Assembly: GCA_018401295.1 (NCBI GenBank)
Contig: JAGYLJ010000002.1
Coordinates: 26,727-90,726, forward strand
Direction of reading: 5' to 3'
Origin: a bacterium
GTDB lineage: Bacteria; Patescibacteriota; Minisyncoccia; Phycocordibacterales; UBA12079
DNA: 64,000 nt
The notes beneath the pieces were generated by a model that was not told the DNA's origin, did not search any database, and was given only the letters and a program-made list of their open reading frames with translations. Each line of letters opens with the position of its first letter. The first letter of the stretch is position 1. Position numbers and translations under genes: made by a program. Below are positions 36,231 to 43,026 of this stretch, piece after piece.

Positions 36231-37649
36231 ATGGGAGAATATAAAACAACTATCGGTTTAGAAATTCATGCTGAATTGAGAACTAAGACTAAAATGTTCT
36301 GTAATTCTAAGAACGATTCTGATGAAATAAGGCCAAATGTCAATATCTGTCCAGTTTGTACAGCTCAACCGGGAACATTACCTGTTATCAATAAAGAGGC
36401 AGTAAAAAGTGTTTTAAAAGTGGGGTTAGCTTTAAATGGTCATCTGGCTGATTTTACAGAATTTGACAGAAAAAATTACTTTTATCCTGATATACCTAAA
36501 GGCTATCAGATTTCTCAGTATAAATATCCGCTTGTTTCTGGTGGGCAATTAAATGGAATTGAGATCACAAGAATACACTTGGAGGAAGACACAGCCAGAT
36601 CTAGCCATAAAGGCAATTATTCATTGGTTGATTTTAATAGGGCAGGAGTTCCTTTGATGGAGTTAGTGACAGAACCTGTTATTGAGACAGCTAGACAAGC
36701 GGGGAATTTTGCTCGTGAACTGCAACTTTTATTACGTTATTTGGGCGTATCTGATGCAAATATGGAAAAAGGTGAAATGCGGGTGGAAGCAAATATTTCA
36801 GTTAGTTTAGATGATAATTTTGGCACTAAAGTTGAAGTCAAGAACCTGAATTCTTTTCGTGTAGTTGAAAAAGCGATTGCCTATGAGGTAGATAGACAGA
36901 AAGCAGTTTTGGAGGATGGAGGAATTATTGTTCAAGAAACTAGAGGGTGGGATGAAAATTCTCAGAAAACTTTTTCCCAAAGAATTAAAGAGGGTTCAGC
37001 CGATTATCGTTATTTCCCTGATCCTGATTTACCAAAATTGAAAATAAGTGAAATACCTGAATTTCAAGAGGAAGAATTAAGAAAGGAAATTCCTGAATTA
37101 CCCAATGAGAAAAGGGAGAGGTATAGGAATAACTTTGGTATTAAGGAAGAAGATATTGAAGTTTATATTTTAAATAAAGATTTAGCTGAATTATTTGAAG
37201 CAGTTGGAAATAATTTTTCAGAAGATAAAGATATTATTAAATTGGCTTCTAATTATCTTACTTCTGATTTGGTTGGTTTAATTAAAGGGAAAAATCAAGT
37301 GGAAGGTTTAGGGAAAATAGAAGTGGACAACTTTGTGAATTTGATTAAATTAGTTAAGGAGGAAAAAATTTCTTCTCGTGGAGCTAAGGATATTTTGGCT
37401 CTAATGTATTTAGAAGGAGGAAACCCAGAAAAAATAGCTGAGGAAAAAGGGCTTTTCCAGATGACTGATAACGGTGAATTGCAAAAAATTATTGAACAGG
37501 TTATTTTAGAAAATCCTATTGTTATAGAAGAATATAGGGGAGGAAAAGAAGCTTCTTTGCAATATCTAGTAGGGCAAGGAATGAAAATTAGCAAAGGATC
37601 AGCTAATCCAGCTAGAATTAGCGAATTATTAAAAGAGAATCTCTCATAA
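36231..37649 (+). CDS. gatB: Asp/Glu-tRNA amidotransferase subunit B
   Basis: GLEIHAEL...CPVCTAQPGTLPV... Confidence 0.92.
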   Translation: MGEYKTTIGLEIHAELRTKTKMFCNSKNDSDEIRPNVNICPVCTAQPGTLPVINKEAVKSVLKVGLALNGHLADFTEFDRKNYFYPDIPKGYQISQYKYPLVSGGQLNGIEITRIHLEEDTARSSHKGNYSLVDFNRAGVPLMELVTEPVIETARQAGNFARELQLLLRYLGVSDANMEKGEMRVEANISVSLDDNFGTKVEVKNLNSFRVVEKAIAYEVDRQKAVLEDGGIIVQETRGWDENSQKTFSQRIKEGSADYRYFPDPDLPKLKISEIPEFQEEELRKEIPELPNEKRERYRNNFGIKEEDIEVYILNKDLAELFEAVGNNFSEDKDIIKLASNYLTSDLVGLIKGKNQVEGLGKIEVDNFVNLIKLVKEEKISSRGAKDILALMYLEGGNPEKIAEEKGLFQMTDNGELQKIIEQVILENPIVIEEYRGGKEASLQYLVGQGMKISKGSANPARISELLKENLS

Positions 37650-37712
37650 CTCAAGACAAATTAAAAACACTCTACCTTCAGTAGAGTGTTTTTAATTTGT
37701 CTTGGAATATAT

Positions 37713-37994
37713 TTATTGGAATACTTCAGATGGAAATGTCGGGGGTGTTACTCCAAAAGAATTCAAAGCAATCAAAATTATTCCCCAAGCACTTACCATA
37801 ATAAAGATTCCAACTATTCCCCAAATCATATGATCTTTACCGGCTTTTCTAGCAACTTCATTTTCAGCTCCGCGGATAAAATCTACTACCCCCCAAAAAA
37901 AGACAACCAAAGATAGAACAAATAAAAGCAATATTATAGGAGCAATTATTTGGGTATTTAAATTATCTATCAGATTTTGGGTTCCAGTGGACAT
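37713..37994 (-). CDS. VirB2/TrbC-like pilin-family small membrane protein (paralog 1)
   Basis: Two hydrophobic helices separated by a charged loop; shared motif KDHMIWGIVGIFIMVSAWG. Confidence 0.7.
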   Translation of the reverse strand: MSTGTQNLIDNLNTQIIAPIILLLFVLSLVVFFWGVVDFIRGAENEVARKAGKDHMIWGIVGIFIMVSAWGIILIALNSFGVTPPTFPSEVFQ

Positions 37995-38000
37995 TTGATA

Positions 38001-38330
38001 TTACGGTGTTAGAGTTGGTGTTGGAATATTGGCATTAGAAACGCCAAATGTCTCACCTAGCACAGCAACTAATCCCCACATAGCGACTATTGAGAAAAGA
38101 ATAACTATTCCCCAAATCATTTGAGTCTTAGCTTTAGCTTTCTCTTCCCCTTCTCGTAGAAGGAACATAAGCAGAGAAATAATAAAGAAAAGAACAGCCA
38201 ATGTGATAGCAATAGGAACAGCTGCTGTAAATAGAGCTCCAACTGTTGTTAGCATCGTACCAAGTGTTGCTGCAAAAGTTAAAAGAGGCATTAATGCCAT
38301 AATTGAACCTAGAACAATATATTTTTTCAT
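38001..38330 (-). CDS. VirB2/TrbC-like pilin-family small membrane protein (paralog 2)
   Basis: Signal peptide plus two helices; motif TQMIWGIVILFSIVAMWG. Confidence 0.7.
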   Translation of the reverse strand: MKKYIVLGSIMALMPLLTFAATLGTMLTTVGALFTAAVPIAITLAVLFFIISLLMFLLREGEEKAKAKTQMIWGIVILFSIVAMWGLVAVLGETFGVSNANIPTPTLTP

Positions 38331-38474
38331 ATAATTTTTAATTTATTGGCTCTATTAAATAATTATTTTTAATAAAGCAGGTTAATAATACTAATAATGT
38401 TAACGACCTTGATTTTTAAATCATAACAGATTCTCATCTCTATAAGAAGAAGCCCTGTGGATAATTTATCTTTC

Positions 38475-38783
38475 TTAAAGTAGGAAGGTGTTTTCTAGAA
38501 TAGCCACTAATCCCCAAATTGAGATCATCACAAAGAGAATAACTATTCCCCAAATCATATGACCCTTAGCTTCATTTTTGGCGTCTCCTTCTTTTAGAAT
38601 ATATTGTGATGTGGACCAGATAAAATAGATAACTGCTAAGGAAAATATTAGTGGAACGACAGCTGAAAGAATTCCTTGAATCGTACTGATGAGACCAAGG
38701 ACATTATCAGCTGCGAAAACAAAGGATAATGATGTTGCCCAAAGAAGTAAAGATAAAGTAAAATATTTTGTGTGTTTTTTCAT
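38475..38783 (-). CDS. VirB2/TrbC-like pilin-family small membrane protein (paralog 3)
   Basis: Start MKKHTKYF at 38783; motif GHMIWGIVILFVMISIWG. Confidence 0.7.
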   Translation of the reverse strand: MKKHTKYFTLSLLLWATSLSFVFAADNVLGLISTIQGILSAVVPLIFSLAVIYFIWSTSQYILKEGDAKNEAKGHMIWGIVILFVMISIWGLVAILENTFLL

Positions 38784-38815
38784 TTTTTTATATAAAAGAA
38801 TTATTAATGTATAAA

Positions 38816-39220
38816 TTACTGTGGATTTTCTGTATCTGTACCAGACCAATCAGTTGATATAATATCAGATATCGGTGGTGTGTGGGTTCCAGTTAATGGC
38901 ACAAATGTATTTGTTAAAATTGTTATAAATCCCCAAACAGAAACCATCACAAAAAGAGCAATTATTCCATTGACCATAACTGTTTTTGCTTCTTCTTTTT
39001 TACCCTCATCTGCTTTGATATATTGAGTAATTCCCCAAAGAAAATAAATGACAGCTAGAGAAACTATAACTGGTAAAACAGCCGTTAGAATACCTACTAC
39101 GACTGTTATAACCCCTTTGAAATTGGTTGGTGTTGCGACAGCTAGTGTTATAAGTGGGGAAAACAAAAATAAAGTTATTCCTGCTAAAAAAATATAATTA
39201 TTTGACAATCTTTTCTTCAT
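38816..39220 (-). CDS. VirB2/TrbC-like pilin-family small membrane protein (paralog 4)
   Basis: Start MKKRLSNNY at 39220; motif TVMVNGIIALFVMVSVWG. Confidence 0.7.
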   Translation of the reverse strand: MKKRLSNNYIFLAGITLFLFSPLITLAVATPTNFKGVITVVVGILTAVLPVIVSLAVIYFLWGITQYIKADEGKKEEAKTVMVNGIIALFVMVSVWGFITILTNTFVPLTGTHTPPISDIISTDWSGTDTENPQ

Positions 39221-39444
39221 TAAAATACATTTTAACAAAGAAATCTTAATTTAACTACAACCCTGCTGTGAATAAACTATTAGTAGTTTAAGTGTTAATT
39301 ATTTTAGTAAAGTGTTAAAAAAATTAAAAAAAGGGCGGAGGATAAAATCCTCTCGCCCCCATGACTATAAAAAATGAACAAGTATCCGACTTAGAAGCTC
39401 GGCTTCTAAGTCGTTGGTATCACCTCCTTTCTTTTGTTGAATTA

Positions 39445-39729
39445 CTAACGGTAGTAGCCACCGTACCTACCGTATCCGTAGCCACTGCCATAATCTTGCC
39501 ATTGGTATGGCCGGTCTGTTTTTTCTTCTTCATTCCACTCATCAGTTGTAATGACTTCACCGACGACTTCGCCCTTTACCTTTGTAGCAACGGTGTGGGT
39601 CTTCACACCTTTTTTTGTTTTGGTTTCGATATATCTGTCCGGTAAATTAGAAATCCGGATCCCGCGACATCCACTGATCATGACGATCATGATAGTTACC
39701 AGCAAAAGGGATAAAAAAAATTTTTTCAT
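39445..39729 (-). CDS. Small lipoprotein with a Gly/Tyr-rich C-terminus
   Basis: Lipobox MISGC; GC-richer than surroundings; terminator at 39330-39362. Confidence 0.65.
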   Translation of the reverse strand: MKKFFLSLLLVTIMIVMISGCRGIRISNLPDRYIETKTKKGVKTHTVATKVKGEVVGEVITTDEWNEEEKTDRPYQWQDYGSGYGYGRYGGYYR

Positions 39730-39911
39730 CTCGTTCCTCCTTTCAGCTCATAGGTTGAGCTCCACGAGTGGCTAAACTTGTTTTGATAATATCTATCATT
39801 GTTGGATATTATAGGGAAAGGGTTAAGGATTAGAATTTCTCCCTTAACTCCACACCCACCTAGACAGATGAGGGTTACGATTGCTAGTAGAATAAACCAA
39901 AAGAATTTCAT
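39726..39911 (-). CDS. Small lipoprotein
   Basis: MKFFWFILLAIVTLICLGGC lipobox; RBS GGAGGA; stop overlaps the downstream start. Confidence 0.6.
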   Translation of the reverse strand: MKFFWFILLAIVTLICLGGCGVKGEILILNPFPIISNNDRYYQNKFSHSWSSTYELKGGTR

Positions 39912-40085
39912 TTTTTCTCCTCCTTGCCCGACCATCTTTTTGATGGTTTAGGGCTTTTCAGCGCTTGGAGCGCTGAATTTTGATTTTTTAATTTTCAAAG
40001 GGTTTCCTCTGTGTTCAATAAAAGAAGACCCAAACCATTAACCTATATATATTATATAACAGAACTACTTATTTTGTCAATAGTG

Positions 40086-40171
40086 GAAAAAGAGGTCTGA
40101 CCTCGGTAGTGATAGGACAAAATTTAGTGAATAGAGATAACAGTTATCTTATACAAGAGATCGGACCTCGA
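40086..40171. repeat. ~85-nt conserved hairpin element, copy 1
   Basis: Gap-free alignment to 42595-42680, about 70% identical by eye, including AGTGATA and ACAGTTATCTTA blocks. Confidence 0.75.
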
Positions 40172-40174
40172 TTA

Positions 40175-40324
40175 TTAGAGTATTTCTACCATTGTTTCTA
40201 TAAAAAGGAAGAGTCCTTTTAGAAATAAACCAGCCAGCATTGAAAGTATTATAGTTCCAGATGGTCCATCGTACCATCTTTTTTTTCTTGCTAGATTTTT
40301 TAACTTAGCAATCTTTTTTCTCAT
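40175..40324 (-). CDS. Possible 49-aa tail-anchored membrane peptide
   Basis: Hand translation MRKKIAKLKNLARKKRWYDGPSGTIILSMLAGLFLKGLFLFIETMVEIL. Confidence 0.3.
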   Translation of the reverse strand: MRKKIAKLKNLARKKRWYDGPSGTIILSMLAGLFLKGLFLFIETMVEIL

Positions 40325-40377
40325 GATCTTATTATATCATTTTGTAGGAGATTGGTAATTTTGGTTGTGGATATTTG

Positions 40378-40448
40378 TTGCCAGACTAGGATTCGAACCT
40401 AGATACCATCCTCCAGAGGGATGTGTCCTACCATTAGACGATCTGGCA
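40378..40448 (-). tRNA. tRNA-Gln (CUG)
   Basis: Hand-folded cloverleaf: acceptor TGCCAGA/TCTGGCA (U1-A72), anticodon loop CTCTGGA, T-arm CTAGGTTCGAATCCTAG; CCA not encoded. Confidence 0.9.
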
Positions 40449-40454
40449 ATGTAA

Positions 40455-40694
40455 TTATTTTATTTTACTTTTCAATATCTTTTTACCTTTTGCTGATTTA
40501 TAAAGTCTTTCGGCTTTGTATGCTTCATATTTATTATCATAGTTTTCAGAATAAATAAGTTTTATTGGCAATCTTCCTTTTGTTGAAAAAACTTTCCCTT
40601 GATTGTGATATTTTAATCTTTTATCTAAATTAGAAGTGCAACCAATATACAAATTATTATCTTTTAAGCTTTTTAATACATATATTTTATACAT
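40455..40694 (-). CDS. GIY-YIG nuclease family protein (79 aa)
   Basis: MYKIYVLKS...LYIGCTSNLDKRLKYHNQG; the track ORF extends to 40754 through a tRNA fragment. Confidence 0.8.
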   Translation of the reverse strand: MYKIYVLKSLKDNNLYIGCTSNLDKRLKYHNQGKVFSTKGRLPIKLIYSENYDNKYEAYKAERLYKSAKGKKILKSKIK

Positions 40695-40702
40695 GGAAAT
40701 TT

Positions 40703-40753
40703 CTACCATTAGCCTCGCCCGTGGCCGGTCTACGGCCGAGGGACGATCCGGCA
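40703..40753 (-). repeat. Duplicated 5' fragment of tRNA-Gln interrupted by a 29-nt GC-rich hairpin
   Basis: TGCCGGATCGTC-[CCTCGGCCGTAGACCGGCCACGGGCGAGG]-CTAATGGTAG compared with TGCCAGATCGTCTAATGGTAG in the real tRNA. Confidence 0.75.
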
Positions 40754-40817
40754 ATTGGTAGATTTGGTTTTTATCTATGTTATAATATTACTTATTATTA
40801 AAGAAAAAACAAATAAT

Positions 40818-41204
40818 ATGAGTTATAAAAAAATATTACTTTTATTTATTATTATAATTTTAGTTGGAGTAGGCATCAATTTCTTTTTAAAGGAAAAGAC
40901 AGTGGAAGCCCCTATAACTCCTGAATCTCCTTTACTTGGTGGTGATCGTGACGAACATGGTTGTATTGGTTCGGCTGGTTATTCATGGTGTGAGGCTAAA
41001 GCTGAGTGTTTAAGGCCGTGGGAAGAACAATGGGATGATTCATGTGGAGTTGTAGGAGGTGATCCCGTTGGGGTTGTGCCTCCACTTGGAGGGGAACCTA
41101 TTAACCCTTGTACGGAGGAAGCTAAGATATGCTCAGATGGTTCTGCTGTTGGAAGATCAGGACCTAATTGTGAGTTTGAAAAATGTCCTGATGAAGAAAT
41201 TTAG
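40818..41204 (+). CDS. Secreted Cys-rich small protein
   Basis: N-terminal TM/signal sequence and 8 Cys; start MSYKK at 40818. Confidence 0.6.
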   Translation: MSYKKILLLFIIIILVGVGINFFLKEKTVEAPITPESPLLGGDRDEHGCIGSAGYSWCEAKAECLRPWEEQWDDSCGVVGGDPVGVVPPLGGEPINPCTEEAKICSDGSAVGRSGPNCEFEKCPDEEI

Positions 41205-41257
41205 TTTGGATGTTTATTATTTGAAAAAGGCGACTTTTTAGTCGCCTTTTTGATATA

Positions 41258-42565
41258 ATGGTTTATATGAAATTACCAATAATAAAAAATATAAAACAAT
41301 TAGCAATAAATTCTCTGAGACAGGACGCCCTAGATATTCTGGAGGTTGGTTATGAATCAGTATTAACTGAAAAAGTAATGGTGGAAAATATCACTTTAAA
41401 AGGTCAGGTTCTTAAAATTAAGAATAAAAAATACGATCTAAAAAAGTATAAGAGAGTTTTTGTTGTTGCTATTGGTAAATGTGCTAATCAATCAGCAAAA
41501 GTTTTAGAGGAAATTTTAGGTGATAAAATTTTTAATGGTGTGGTCCTAGATATTGCTCCTGGTCAGTTTAAAAAATTAAGGTCAGAAGTTGGAACTCATC
41601 CATTTCCATCAGAACAGAATATATTAGCGACTAAATCTATTTTACAAGTATTAAAAGAAGCTAAAGAAAACGATTTGGTTATAACTATTATTTCTGGTGG
41701 GGGCTCTTCTCTCCTATGTAATCCTGTTGATGGAATTGAGAGTGAGGTTTTAAAAGATATTACACAATTATTAATGAAGAAGGGGGCGACTATTGAAGAA
41801 ATGAATATTGTTAGAAAACATTTATCTAAGATTAAAGGGGGTCAATTAGCTGAATTAATTTATCCAGCTAAGTTGGTCTCTTTAATTTTTTCAGATGTCC
41901 CCAAGGACGATCTATCTTTGGTAGCTTCTGGTCCGACAGTTAAAGATGAGTCAACCAAAGAAGATGCTCAGCTTATACTGGAGTCTTACTTAGGCGATGG
42001 AATGTTAGATGAAAATGATAACTACGTTTCTTTTTTGAAAGAAACTCCTAAAGATAAAAAATATTTTGAAAAAGTTGATAACATCTTGGTGGTTAGTAAT
42101 AAAATTGCTTTGAAAGCGATGCAAAAAAAAGCGGAAGAATTTGGTTATGAGGTAAATGTAGATTCTGATGAATTAGAAGGTGAAGCTAGAGAGCTAGGAA
42201 GAAGTTTAGTAAAACAAGAATTTCCTTCAAAATCTTGTCAAATTTGGGGAGGCGAAACAACAGTTCACATTAGAGGGGATGGACAAGGAGGAAGAAATCA
42301 GGAATTTGTTTTAGGCGCCTTAAATGGTTTGGAAGATGATATTCTTGTCATGGCTGTGGCTTCTGATGGACGGGATAATACTGATGTGGCGGGAGCTTTG
42401 GCTGATGGGGAGTTGTTGAAAAATATCCAAAAAGATGGAATTGATGTTGATGAGTATCTAGAAAATAATGATTCCTATAATTTTTTTAAGAAAGTGGAAA
42501 CTCAAATTAAAACTGGTCAAACAAGTATCAACGTCGCTGATTTTTATTTGATTTTGAAAAAATAG
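41258..42565 (+). CDS. Glycerate kinase (MOFRL family, glycerate 2-kinase-like)
   Basis: 435 aa; ...ISGGGSSLL...GGETTV...GGRNQEF pattern. Confidence 0.8.
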   Translation: MVYMKLPIIKNIKQLAINSLRQDALDILEVGYESVLTEKVMVENITLKGQVLKIKNKKYDLKKYKRVFVVAIGKCANQSAKVLEEILGDKIFNGVVLDIAPGQFKKLRSEVGTHPFPSEQNILATKSILQVLKEAKENDLVITIISGGGSSLLCNPVDGIESEVLKDITQLLMKKGATIEEMNIVRKHLSKIKGGQLAELIYPAKLVSLIFSDVPKDDLSLVASGPTVKDESTKEDAQLILESYLGDGMLDENDNYVSFLKETPKDKKYFEKVDNILVVSNKIALKAMQKKAEEFGYEVNVDSDELEGEARELGRSLVKQEFPSKSCQIWGGETTVHIRGDGQGGRNQEFVLGALNGLEDDILVMAVASDGRDNTDVAGALADGELLKNIQKDGIDVDEYLENNDSYNFFKKVETQIKTGQTSINVADFYLILKK

Positions 42566-42594
42566 AGTGTGTTTTAAACACTCCACAAACTTCC

Positions 42595-42680
42595 GAAAAG
42601 ACGTCCGACCTCAGCAGTGATAAAATGACACGAAGTGGCTAAAGGTTACAGTTATCTTAGTTAAGAGGTCGGACGTCGTC
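42595..42680. repeat. ~85-nt conserved hairpin element, copy 2
   Basis: Perfect 13-bp closing stem GACGTCCGACCTC / GAGGTCGGACGTC; homologous to 40086-40171. Confidence 0.75.
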
Positions 42681-42837
42681 TAAATTTCTCTGTCCTAACG
42701 GGCAGTAAAGAAATTTGTGCTCTTTCTTACAGAAACTGTCCACTCATTGGCTCTTTTGTTTCGCTCCAAGCTCACCAAAGAGCTCAATGAGTCTTGCGAA
42801 GCTCCAAGTATTCGCTTCTCACTCGTCCTTGCTCAAT

Positions 42838-42905
42838 GATGTTGATTTTTAAAATGGTAAATAGTGCAGTTAACTGCACTATTTACCATTTTAAAAATCA
42901 ACATC
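42838..42905. repeat. Perfect 68-bp palindrome
   Basis: GATGTTGATTTTTAAAATGGTAAATAGTGCAGTT | AACTGCACTATTTACCATTTTAAAAATCAACATC, checked base by base. Confidence 0.9.
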
Positions 42906-43026
42906 TCTATCTTCGCTCAGACTGTGCAAGTTTTTTGAAAAGAAATTTGTTTTGTGTTTATAACCTTCTTATAAGAAACTATGGTATAATAATTTTTAAT
43001 TTAATAGATAAGATTTTAATAAAAAA

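Noticed and set aside
40378-40757. Intron-containing tRNA-Gln with an intron-encoded GIY-YIG homing endonuclease
   Set aside because: The downstream tRNA-Gln is complete and uninterrupted. The upstream piece duplicates only the first 21 nt, and no group I intron core elements are evident. An insertion or duplication next to the gene fits better.
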